Source: Candidatus Dojkabacteria bacterium
Lineage (GTDB): Bacteria > Patescibacteriota > Dojkabacteria > SC72 > JAFGCJ01
Assembly (NCBI GenBank): GCA_016932785.1
Contig: JAFGCJ010000002.1
Coordinates: forward strand, 337,777-401,776
Direction: 5' to 3'
Length of the DNA stretch: 64,000 nucleotides
Below are positions 20,023-26,926 of the stretch, piece after piece (position 1 is the stretch's first letter; every line of letters begins with the position of its first letter). Position numbers and translations under genes: made by a program. The notes below the pieces were generated by a model. The model was not told where the DNA came from. It searched no databases and saw nothing but the letters and a program-made list of their open reading frames with translations.

Positions 20023-21121
20023 TTACTAAATTCTTTATTTTTTCTAGAAATAGATTTTCTGAAAACTCCCTGGCCCTACCAGTCAAATCTTTCCTATCAA
20101 AGTCCATAGTTTCAAAATCCCTTATCGTGTCACAAAGAGACTCAACGGTCTGTCTGTCAAAAAACACCCCCGTCTCTTTATCAATCACCGTCTCAGCTAC
20201 ACCTCCCTTATTATAAGCTATGACAGGTGTTCCGCAAGCCATAGACTCAACAGGTGTTAACCCAAAATCTTCAACTCCAGGAAAAAGAAATGCACGGGCA
20301 CGACTCATTAGACTCTTCTTCTCCTGAGTTGAACAATAACCCAAAAATGTAACATTTGGGCCGGCAAGTGATTTCAGATATTTTGCATCAGGACCTTCAC
20401 CCACAACTATCAACCTTCTATTTAGCCGATTACAAGCCTCAACGGCAAGATCAATCCTTTTATAATCATAAAGTCGAGAAACAACAAGGTAAAAATTCGT
20501 ACCATACTTGTTCTCGTCTCTTTCCCCGTCAGGCATTGTTCCCACACCCTCATTCCAAAAACTAAGATCAACTCCAGGATGCACCACATGAGATTCTCTC
20601 CGATAAACCTTCTTTACCTTTCGACTAACAAAATTTGATATTGAAACAAGCTCGTTAGGCCTCTTTGATGCCTCCAAATCCCAAACTCGAAGATAAAAAT
20701 CCATAACGGGAGTAACACTCTTAATGATACTTCGAGATCGACTAGCTCTTGTATTCGAAATACCTCCCCATTGATACCTTGGAGGGGTGCAAATAATCCC
20801 CAGATGAAAAGTTTGAGGACCTGTTATCACGCCTTTGGCACAACCGGCTGAGATACTTAATACAAGGTCGTAACCGGAAAAGTCGAATTGCTCGAACGCA
20901 ATCGGAGATAATGGAGTGTAATGTCGATACAGTATCTTCCTAAACGGAAGTCCCTGAATGAAAGATGTGTGGACGTTGTTTTTTTTCAGGTACGAATATC
21001 TATTTGCATTGTATACAGAGGTAAAAATATCAGCCTTAGGATAGGCTTTAAGTAGTGCCTTTAGTAGTTCATCGGCACCACCGGGTCGTACTAGAGAGTC
21101 TGTGGCAATTGCAACTTTCAT
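19991..21121 (-). CDS. Glycosyltransferase family 4
   Basis: The ORF-track start at 21193 is a GTG. The ATG at 21121 gives MKVAIATDSLVRPGGADELL, a typical GT4 N-terminus. C-terminal motif FPGVEDFGLTPVESMACGTPVIAYNKGG. Confidence 0.85.
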   Translation of the reverse strand: MKVAIATDSLVRPGGADELLKALLKAYPKADIFTSVYNANRYSYLKKNNVHTSFIQGLPFRKILYRHYTPLSPIAFEQFDFSGYDLVLSISAGCAKGVITGPQTFHLGIICTPPRYQWGGISNTRASRSRSIIKSVTPVMDFYLRVWDLEASKRPNELVSISNFVSRKVKKVYRRESHVVHPGVDLSFWNEGVGTMPDGERDENKYGTNFYLVVSRLYDYKRIDLAVEACNRLNRRLIVVGEGPDAKYLKSLAGPNVTFLGYCSTQEKKSLMSRARAFLFPGVEDFGLTPVESMACGTPVIAYNKGGVAETVIDKETGVFFDRQTVESLCDTIRDFETMDFDRKDLTGRAREFSENLFLEKIKNLVNEGINKISEN

Positions 21122-21176
21122 TGGGATGATGATATCACATAAGCTTATAGTTGGGGGTCTGACCCCCAACGCCAGT

Positions 21177-21205
21177 TTGACATTAAACACCACTTCGTCT
21201 TTAAT
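21177..21205 (+). promoter_or_regulatory. Sigma-70-like promoter of the oxidoreductase operon
   Basis: TTGACA (21177-21182), a 17-nt spacer, then TTTAAT (21200-21205). A GGAG Shine-Dalgarno at 21244-21247 lies 7 nt before the ATG at 21255. Confidence 0.45.
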
Positions 21206-21254
21206 GGTAAAGCTGGGACGAATAGAACCCTAGTATTTGTATTGGAGAAAAATC

Positions 21255-22370
21255 ATGCCCCAAAAGGAAAACAGACAATTCTTACAAGGAAATGTAGTTG
21301 CAGCACACGCAGCTCTAGCCGCCGGAGCAACACATTTCTACGGCTATCCAATAACCCCCTCCTCCGAAATATTAGAAACATGGGTCAATCTTGTCGGAGA
21401 CCCAGCAAAACCTAACAAAAGTCCCGTAACCAAAGAACCTCTTCAATATTTGCAATGCGAAGACGAAATGACATCTGGCTTTGCAATGATAGGATCATGT
21501 CTTGCCGGCAAAAAAGCGTTTACAACGACAGCAGGTCCCGGGAACATTCTAATGCAAGACGCTTTCTCAGCAGCAGAGGCACTCAGAATACCAACTGTAG
21601 CATTGATTATGCAGAGAGGAGGCCTCTCCACTTCAACGGTAATTTACTCCCAAGAAGAAGTTACTTTGACATGCTTAGGAGGAAATGGCGAAGGGTTTAG
21701 AGTTGTCTATTCTCCTCACAACATTCAGGAACTATATGACTACACAATCAAAGCTTTTAATACCGCATGGAAATATCGGTACCCAACATTTGTTCTGGGC
21801 GACGGATATCAGGGGAAAATGCACGGAGAAGTAAATCTTCACACGATGGACCCAAAATCTTACGTCAAACCTAAGCCCATACTACTCAGCAATAAAGGGA
21901 AAAACAAGAAATCTGTAAACTTGCGTAACTGCTACGATCAGGAGGAGGAAATTTATGAAATCATTGAAAAATATAGAAAAGACTTTGCAAGAGACTCAAA
22001 GAAAATAGCGGAAAGTGAGTCACTATTCCTTGATGACGCAGAAAGCGTAATTATATCGCATGGAATTGTGTCAACAGCTGCGAAGGAAGCTGTCGGAAGA
22101 CTTAGGAAACATGGCCAAAAAATAGGATTTTGGAGACCAATAACTCTACGCCCAATCGACCTGCCTGGTCTACTCAAGGCAGTAAAGGGTAAAAAGGAAA
22201 TCATCTACATAGAGTCTGCACTCGGACAACTTTCTCGTTTGATTAACGATGAACTAATGAGCTCAAACGATAATCGTGTCCGAAATGTCCGAATTAAAAC
22301 AATGTTCAAGCCAGCTCTTGGTATTTCACCTAGAGATATAACTGATTTTATAAGCAAAAATGTCAGCTAG
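21255..22370 (+). CDS. 2-oxoacid:ferredoxin oxidoreductase, alpha subunit
   Basis: MPQKENRQFLQGNVVAAHAALAAGATHFYGYPITPSSEILE is the canonical N-terminus of KorA/PorA-type subunits. The ORF opens at TTG 21237, but ATG 21255 has the SD. Confidence 0.9.
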   Translation: MPQKENRQFLQGNVVAAHAALAAGATHFYGYPITPSSEILETWVNLVGDPAKPNKSPVTKEPLQYLQCEDEMTSGFAMIGSCLAGKKAFTTTAGPGNILMQDAFSAAEALRIPTVALIMQRGGLSTSTVIYSQEEVTLTCLGGNGEGFRVVYSPHNIQELYDYTIKAFNTAWKYRYPTFVLGDGYQGKMHGEVNLHTMDPKSYVKPKPILLSNKGKNKKSVNLRNCYDQEEEIYEIIEKYRKDFARDSKKIAESESLFLDDAESVIISHGIVSTAAKEAVGRLRKHGQKIGFWRPITLRPIDLPGLLKAVKGKKEIIYIESALGQLSRLINDELMSSNDNRVRNVRIKTMFKPALGISPRDITDFISKNVS

Positions 22371-23148
22371 AAGAAGACCTCCAAAAAATAAAAGCTCCCA
22401 GAAAAATTCCGCCAGCAATAGCGTTCTTCCGTCTTTTCCTAAATGTTACAAGAAGAACTCCAAACCACATAAGTTTTGCCCTGGTTGCGGTCATCCTATT
22501 GTTTTGAAGATGCTTGGACAGGCGATTGACGAATTAAAAATCCAGAATAAGTCTGTCTTTTTGATTGATATCGGATGCTCTCTACTAGCCTGGGATTTTT
22601 ATAATATTGATACAACCCAAACTCATCATGGAAGAACAATACCCGTTGCACTAGGATTCAAAAGAGCAAATCCAGAGGCAGTAGTAATTGCCTACCTCGG
22701 AGATGGAGGAGCCTACTCGATCGGTATGCAACATTTGGTTCATGCCACACTCAGAAACGAGAATATTACAACAATAGTAGTAAACAACATGAATTATGGA
22801 ATGACCGGTGGCCAGATGGCTCCTACTACCATTACTGAGCAGCCACCTACAACAACTGCACCATTTGGTAGAAAAGAAAAATACCTTGGTACTCCTCTTA
22901 AAGGACCTGAGATGCTTGAAAAGATAGGCGTCCCAGGACAATATATCGCCAGAATGAGCGTTGATGTACCACCACAGCTGAAGTTGACTCTAAAGAAGGC
23001 ACTGCAACACCAAATGGACAAAAAAGGATTCAGCTTTGTTGAGGCCCTCTCATATTGTCCAAACAATTGGAAGACAAATGCAGCAGAAACTATAGCCACC
23101 CTACAAAAGGCTAAGCAAGAATTTCCTACTTATGAAAAGGAACTATGA
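22360..23148 (+). CDS. 2-oxoacid:ferredoxin oxidoreductase, beta (TPP-binding) subunit
   Basis: FCPGCGHPIVLKMLGQAI and the TPP motif GDGGAYSIGMQHLVHA...NNMNYGMTGGQ. It overlaps the alpha stop by 11 nt. Confidence 0.9.
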   Translation: MSARRRPPKNKSSQKNSASNSVLPSFPKCYKKNSKPHKFCPGCGHPIVLKMLGQAIDELKIQNKSVFLIDIGCSLLAWDFYNIDTTQTHHGRTIPVALGFKRANPEAVVIAYLGDGGAYSIGMQHLVHATLRNENITTIVVNNMNYGMTGGQMAPTTITEQPPTTTAPFGRKEKYLGTPLKGPEMLEKIGVPGQYIARMSVDVPPQLKLTLKKALQHQMDKKGFSFVEALSYCPNNWKTNAAETIATLQKAKQEFPTYEKEL

Positions 23149-23732
23149 ACTGCAACCTATCTGACAACCAAAAATCAATTAAGATAATGTTAGTTGGAGA
23201 AGGAGGCCAAGGAGTACAAACAATTGCAAAACTCCTGGCTAAAGCAGCCTTCGCAAAAGACTATCATACAAGTTACATCCCAAACTTTGGAACTGAACAG
23301 AGAGGAGGAATCTCTATTGCATTTCTCCAGGTTGCCTGCGAAGAAATAGTATCACCTAAATTTGTCGACCCGAACGTTTTCATTATTTTAAGCAGCAGAG
23401 ATATTAATCGAACACTTCGGTACATCACAAAAAACACAACAGTAATTTATGATAAATATTTGGTAAAGAAGGAAATAGTTGAAAAGTTAAAGAAGCAATC
23501 CCCAACTGTTGTAGGTGTAGATGCATTCGAACTTGCCACAGAAAAGCTATCTGAGAGAAGTCTCAATATCTTGATCCTTGGAATATTGATAGGGTTCGTA
23601 GATTGTACTCTTATCGAAAAGATCACCGAGATAATGGACAAGAAATTCCAAAAGTACTACGACAAAAAGCCCGAACTTAAAAAACTTAATCATGAAGCAC
23701 TTACACTAGGTTTAAATTTAACAACAGCCTGA
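23145..23732 (+). CDS. 2-oxoacid:ferredoxin oxidoreductase, gamma subunit
   Basis: VGEGGQGVQTIAKLLAKAAFAKDYHTSYIPNFGTEQRGG is the gamma-subunit signature. ATGA overlap with the beta subunit. Confidence 0.85.
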   Translation: MNCNLSDNQKSIKIMLVGEGGQGVQTIAKLLAKAAFAKDYHTSYIPNFGTEQRGGISIAFLQVACEEIVSPKFVDPNVFIILSSRDINRTLRYITKNTTVIYDKYLVKKEIVEKLKKQSPTVVGVDAFELATEKLSERSLNILILGILIGFVDCTLIEKITEIMDKKFQKYYDKKPELKKLNHEALTLGLNLTTA

Positions 23733-23733
23733 C

Positions 23734-23994
23734 ATAAAAAAGGATTTCAAACCAGTCACAACAGAAAATAAAGAAAGAAAACACACCGTATTCGCAGGCC
23801 TGTGCAAAGGTTGCAGAATTTGCCAGGAGGTTTGTCCCATGAAGTGCATCGGTCTCGATCCAAAAGTAAGGGGCGTTTATAACAACAAGATAGTAAAGGC
23901 CGATGTCGATAAATGCACTGCTTGCGGCTTATGTGAGCAGAGATGTCCTGACAACGCAATCCGGGTGGAGAAGAAAAAGAAAGCTAAAAAATAG
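23734..23994 (+). CDS. 2x[4Fe-4S] ferredoxin-type delta subunit; start codon unresolved
   Basis: Not in the ORF track. My translation of the frame open from 23722 gives ...HTVFAGLCKGCRICQEVCPMKCIGLDPKVRGVYNNKIVKADVDKCTACGLCEQRCPDNAIRVEKKKKAKK*. It has two CxxCxxCxxxCP motifs. There is no ATG/GTG/TTG before the first cluster, so the 5' coordinate is provisional (ATA at 23734). Confidence 0.7.
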   Translation: MKKDFKPVTTENKERKHTVFAGLCKGCRICQEVCPMKCIGLDPKVRGVYNNKIVKADVDKCTACGLCEQRCPDNAIRVEKKKKAKK

Positions 23995-24032
23995 TACTTG
24001 AAGAATCACCCACCATATTAATCAATTGACCC

Positions 24033-24587
24033 CTATTTCAGAATCTTCTCTCTATAGTATTGAAGTTCGGCAATGGAAATTTTGATATCATCGAGAGCTT
24101 GATGTTTTTTATCTTTTACAAATGGCTCAACCTCCGGGTACCACATCCTTTTAGCCTCCTTAAACGCGGTAACATCAATATTCCTATAGTGAAAATACTC
24201 GTCCAAATCAGGCATATATAGCTTCAGAAAAGCTCTGTCTACATGTACAGAATTGCCACACAACGGGGCCGTATGATATTCACAATGCTTAGAAACAAAG
24301 TCCAAAGTCTTCTTCTCCGCCTCTTTTAAGCTGACCCTCGACTTCCTTACTTCATCGATAAATCCTGTACCATTGAATATTCTTTTTGCATCAGGCCAAA
24401 TATTATCAAGAACTTCTTCAGACTGATGAACTATTATTTCAGGACCTTCAGCTATAACGTCGAGATTTTCATCAGTAATAAGGGTAGCAATCTGAATTAT
24501 CGCATGTTTAATGGGATTCGGACCCGTCATTTCCAGATCAATCCAGACAAGATTGGGTCCTATTGTTGGGTAGACAGGATTAGCCAT
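24033..24587 (-). CDS. orn: Oligoribonuclease
   Basis: 184 aa. DEDDh exonuclease motifs LVWIDLEMTG, CGNSVHVDRAFL and HYRNIDVTAFKE, with Orn-like length. Confidence 0.9.
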   Translation of the reverse strand: MANPVYPTIGPNLVWIDLEMTGPNPIKHAIIQIATLITDENLDVIAEGPEIIVHQSEEVLDNIWPDAKRIFNGTGFIDEVRKSRVSLKEAEKKTLDFVSKHCEYHTAPLCGNSVHVDRAFLKLYMPDLDEYFHYRNIDVTAFKEAKRMWYPEVEPFVKDKKHQALDDIKISIAELQYYREKILK

Positions 24588-24604
24588 AATTCGGTTGATT
24601 CAAT

Positions 24605-25018
24605 TTATTTCACAGAAACAATGACCTCTCGTTCGCGAGGACGATTATCAAAGTCTACAAGGACAATCTGCTGCCAAGTCCCAAGTAGGATTTTACCATT
24701 CTCAATAGGTATCACAAGATCAGGCTTCAAAAAACTTGCCCTAACATGGGAAAATCCGTTTCCATCGCCCCACTTTTCATTATGGGCGTATTCTAAGGAC
24801 TTAGGAAAAAGCCGCTCGAATGCCTTCTTCAGATCAGATTCCAGACCAGGTTCGAACTCAATAGTGGTTATTCCTGCTGTAGAACCATTAACAAAAACCA
24901 GGACAGAACCTTCTTGAACCTTTGATTTGGATATAACAGATGAAACCTTTTCTGTAATGTTTATTATGTCACAGAAACCCTGAGTTTTAAGCTTCAGACG
25001 CTCAGTCATACTCCTCAA
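24605..25018 (-). CDS. YjbQ/UPF0047 family protein (secondary thiamine-phosphate synthase-like)
   Basis: 137 aa. GSVLVFVNGSTAGITTIEFEPG...NGFSHVRASFL...GTWQQIVLVDFDNRPRER matches the YjbQ family pattern. Confidence 0.9.
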   Translation of the reverse strand: MRSMTERLKLKTQGFCDIINITEKVSSVISKSKVQEGSVLVFVNGSTAGITTIEFEPGLESDLKKAFERLFPKSLEYAHNEKWGDGNGFSHVRASFLKPDLVIPIENGKILLGTWQQIVLVDFDNRPREREVIVSVK

Positions 25019-25173
25019 ATCGAAGTTACATACGATAATAGTTTAATATATTGACCGGCAAAATGAAAACGATATAGTCTATGGGATATTTCGTCGGACT
25101 TATACATCAAAGTTATCCACAGTACCAAAACTCTGCGCTGATTTATTTTTATAATAAAAGCGTTTCTTACGTC

Positions 25174-25202
25174 TTGACATAATCGTAGAACTCATATAGG
25201 CT
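25174..25202 (+). promoter_or_regulatory. Candidate promoter of the orphan small RNA
   Basis: TTGACA (25174-25179), then either a 17-nt spacer to TAGGCT (25197-25202) or a 15-nt spacer to TATAGG. The -10 is imperfect. Confidence 0.4.
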
Positions 25203-25204
25203 TA

Positions 25205-25323
25205 AAGATGTAGCCAGGTAGTTGAAAACTAGGTGCACGTTGGGTGAGTTTGCCTAGTACGGGATTTTAGAGGTGACTCTATTTTTCCGTCAAACCCAGA
25301 GAAGCTATCTGGCTACATTTTTT
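25205..25323 (+). ncRNA. Candidate structured small RNA of unknown class (~120 nt)
   Basis: A 14-bp closing stem pairs 25208-25221 with 25305-25318 (one G-U), immediately followed by T6 (25318-25323). Two internal hairpins: 25228-25233/25253-25258, and 25259-25264/25285-25290 capped by TAGAG-GTGA-CTCTA (GNRA loop). A pseudoknot is possible between TGGGT (25241-25245) and ACCCA (25294-25298). It lies in a 440-nt gap, on the opposite strand to both neighbours. Confidence 0.45.
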
Positions 25324-25427
25324 ATGCAGATTTCATCAGCTGAACTCTTGTGAAATATTGAATAAACCAGTATGGTCTTCAGAACCACATATCACGGTAA
25401 GGACAAAACTGACAAGAAATAATAGAC

Positions 25428-25450
25428 GGCGTCTTACATAATAAGACGCC
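25428..25450 (-). terminator. Intrinsic terminator-like hairpin after the small basic ORF
   Basis: GGCGTCTTA-cataa-TAAGACGCC is a perfect 9-bp stem. It lies 7 nt downstream of the stop at 25458, and a T-rich tract (GTCTATTATTTCTTG) follows on the minus strand. Confidence 0.6.
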
Positions 25451-25457
25451 TCTCTAC

Positions 25458-25580
25458 CTACTTCTTTCTAGAAGCTGTTCTTTTCTTGGTAGACCTCTTC
25501 TTTGGCTTAGCAGACCTCTTAGCCCTTACAGGCTTTCTTGCCTTAGTAGACCTCTTTGCAGATTTCTTCTTGGTCGCCAC
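25458..25580 (-). CDS. 40-aa Lys/Arg-rich (histone H1-like/nucleoid-type) small protein, GTG start
   Basis: My translation: (V/M)ATKKKSAKRSTKARKPVRAKRSAKPKKRSTKKRTASRKK*. Three KRS(T/A)K units match three agacctctt DNA repeats. GTG is the only possible start after an in-frame TAA, and a perfect terminator hairpin follows. Below the ORF-track size cutoff. Confidence 0.4.
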   Translation of the reverse strand: MATKKKSAKRSTKARKPVRAKRSAKPKKRSTKKRTASRKK

Positions 25581-25705
25581 TTGAAAAGAATTAAAAAGTT
25601 ATTGATAACAAATCTATACTAAACAATACAGTTGTCAATAACCCATAAAAAATCGGAAAAGAATTACGAAATTTCTAGAACAGTTGAAAAGAAGATCAGT
25701 TAAAA

Positions 25706-25779
25706 TGGACCCTACTGGACTCGAACCAGTGACCTTACGAATGTGAGTCGTACGCTCTAGCCAGCTGAGCTAAGGGTCC
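25706..25779 (-). tRNA. tRNA-Val (anticodon CAC)
   Basis: The reverse complement GGACCCTTAGCTCAGCTGGCTAGAGCGTACGACTCACATTCGTAAGGTCACTGGTTCGAGTCCAGTAGGGTCCA folds as a cloverleaf with anticodon arm TACGA/CTCACAT/TCGTA and T-loop TTCGAGT. CCA is not encoded. Confidence 0.95.
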
Positions 25780-25832
25780 ATAAGCCTTACTCGGCATATT
25801 TTAAAACTTTTGTACGGAAATATAAAATGTAA

Positions 25833-26255
25833 CTATTCGTTATCAAGGACATCCAAAACATCAGAAAGATCCATATCTCCATCTGGTCCGGACTCCTCTG
25901 TATCTTCATCCATCTCTGAAGACCCAGGAAATATATCCCCCAAACCTTCTTCGTTGATTATTTTCTCCATCTCATCGTCAACAACAGTACTATCATCTCC
26001 TGCAGCCTGAGCACTATCATCTCCAGAGTCATCACTAGCATTGGCAACATCTTTGGAAACAGCAACATCATTCTCAACCTCTTCGGTCTCCCTCTCTTCA
26101 ACAGAATCAAAATCCATAGGGGAATCACACGACTCACAGTAAATAACCCGTTCCTCCTCTACTCCGCAATTCGGGCAATGTAGCTTTATTACAGTAACCT
26201 TAGAAGAACTGGCAGGTACTTTTGTTTTTTTCTTCTTCGATTTCTTTTGGGGCAT
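25833..26255 (-). CDS. Zinc-ribbon protein with basic N-terminus and long acidic tail (unknown function)
   Basis: 140 aa: MPQKKSKKKKTKVP, then CPNCG...(14)...CESC (a four-Cys ribbon), then about 90 aa rich in D/E. Confidence 0.6.
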   Translation of the reverse strand: MPQKKSKKKKTKVPASSSKVTVIKLHCPNCGVEEERVIYCESCDSPMDFDSVEERETEEVENDVAVSKDVANASDDSGDDSAQAAGDDSTVVDDEMEKIINEEGLGDIFPGSSEMDEDTEESGPDGDMDLSDVLDVLDNE

Positions 26256-26261
26256 ATAAAT

Positions 26262-26270
26262 ATAATATCA
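26262..26270 (-). promoter_or_regulatory. Extended -10 (TGATATTAT) 6 nt upstream of the ATG at 26255
   Basis: The minus strand reads TTGCAC-16 nt-TGATATTAT-ATTTAT-ATG. This geometry predicts a transcript starting at or next to the start codon. Confidence 0.45.
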
Positions 26271-26340
26271 TAAAAAGGTGGGGGTGCAAGAAGGAGAAGA
26301 AAACTGGAGAATGAGGTAGATCACACGACGTAAAGGTTTT

Positions 26341-26412
26341 CCGGAGATCCGTAATTGAAGTTGTCGTGCTGGGCGGCACATGTAGAAGATTCTTCAATTA
26401 TCGGATCTCCGG
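26341..26412. repeat. Long imperfect inverted repeat (20-bp arms, 31-nt spacer)
   Basis: CCGGAGATCCGTAATTGAAG (26341-26360) pairs with CTTCAATTATCGGATCTCCGG (26392-26412): 11 bp + 1-nt bulge + 9 bp. The spacer holds a small GTGC...GCAC hairpin. No U-tract on either strand. Confidence 0.7.
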
Positions 26413-26426
26413 GTGTATGCAGAACT

Positions 26427-26807
26427 TCAGTTTGAAGGTTCGGAGACTGGAGGCTCATTTCCGTTTCCATTCATGAGTTTCTCAGCCTCCGCCTGAAGAT
26501 CAACATCAAGAAGGCCTTCCTGAACCCGCTCCAATAGCTCGTATAGCCGCTGTGCTTCCCACATATCTATTTCCCCTTGAGCAAAGGCTCTCGCGATTCC
26601 CTCCTCCGAGAGAACAATTTCTTTCTCTGCAAGAGAAGCTATCGCCTGAGTATCCTTTTCCCTTTGAATTTCATCGAGCCGATCGCCCACCCAGGGAAAA
26701 CCACCTGAAAGAGCGAACAGCGCAACAGCTACCAGGCCCAGCAAAAGCCAAGACCGTCGTGGTCCCCTCCTCGAGACCTTTACGAGAGTCCGCGCAACCG
26801 ATGACAT
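26427..26807 (-). CDS. Hypothetical single-pass membrane protein encoded in a G+C-rich islet
   Basis: 126 aa: Arg-rich N-terminus, TM helix WLLLGLVAVALFALSGGF, then an acidic helical region. The opposite strand is also open (26552-26902), as expected in G+C-rich DNA, so coding status is not certain. Confidence 0.5.
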   Translation of the reverse strand: MSSVARTLVKVSRRGPRRSWLLLGLVAVALFALSGGFPWVGDRLDEIQREKDTQAIASLAEKEIVLSEEGIARAFAQGEIDMWEAQRLYELLERVQEGLLDVDLQAEAEKLMNGNGNEPPVSEPSN

Positions 26808-26926
26808 ATCTCAAACACCTCCGTGTTTATCTATGCCGCCCTATATTCTTCCATGAAAATAATAGCCAAACCGACATCGCAAATCAAGCACAGAATACAT
26901 GAAGAATGTTGTCACAACAGGACAAA

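Noticed and set aside
21150-21170. GC-rich hairpin GTTGGGGG-tctga-CCCCCAAC as a terminator
   Set aside because: It lies in a divergent promoter region with no gene reading into it and has no U-tract on either strand. More likely it is a 5'-UTR stem of the GT4 mRNA (29 nt upstream of ATG 21121) or a protein-binding palindrome. The evidence is insufficient to call.
23722-23740. RF2-style programmed +1 frameshift joining the gamma and delta oxidoreductase subunits at GCC-TGA-C
   Set aside because: The P-site codon GCC cannot re-pair in the +1 frame (CCU), and there is no upstream SD-like stimulator. The A6 run (23736-23741) lies after the stop. I kept only the start-codon anomaly as a finding.
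23756-23959. 67-aa minus-strand ORF
   Set aside because: The opposite (+) strand encodes two perfect CxxCxxCxxxCP ferredoxin motifs in operon context, so the minus-strand ORF is the shadow frame.
24426-24917. 163-aa + strand ORF
   Set aside because: It spans the junction of orn and yjbQ in antisense. Both minus-strand genes have strong family signatures.
25205-25323. Whether the structured RNA candidate is SRP (4.5S) RNA, 6S RNA, a tRNA-like element or a known riboswitch
   Set aside because: It lacks the helix-8 GGAA tetraloop/AGCA motifs of SRP RNA, the cloverleaf and T-loop of tRNA, and the large central bubble of 6S. It has no downstream same-strand gene to regulate, so I kept it as an unknown-class candidate only.
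15004-25779. tRNA genes as integration sites of a genomic island or prophage
   Set aside because: No integrase, recombinase, transposase or direct repeat of the tRNA 3' end is visible near either tRNA. The flanking genes are ordinary housekeeping or envelope genes.
26280-26900. G+C-rich islet as a hidden RNase P RNA, tmRNA or SRP RNA gene (structural RNAs stand out as GC-rich in AT-rich genomes)
   Set aside because: I could not find the conserved GAGGAAAGUCC / ACAGAA...GGCUUA (RNase P) motifs, the GGGG...UCCACCA tRNA-like ends (tmRNA) or SRP helix-8 motifs on either strand.
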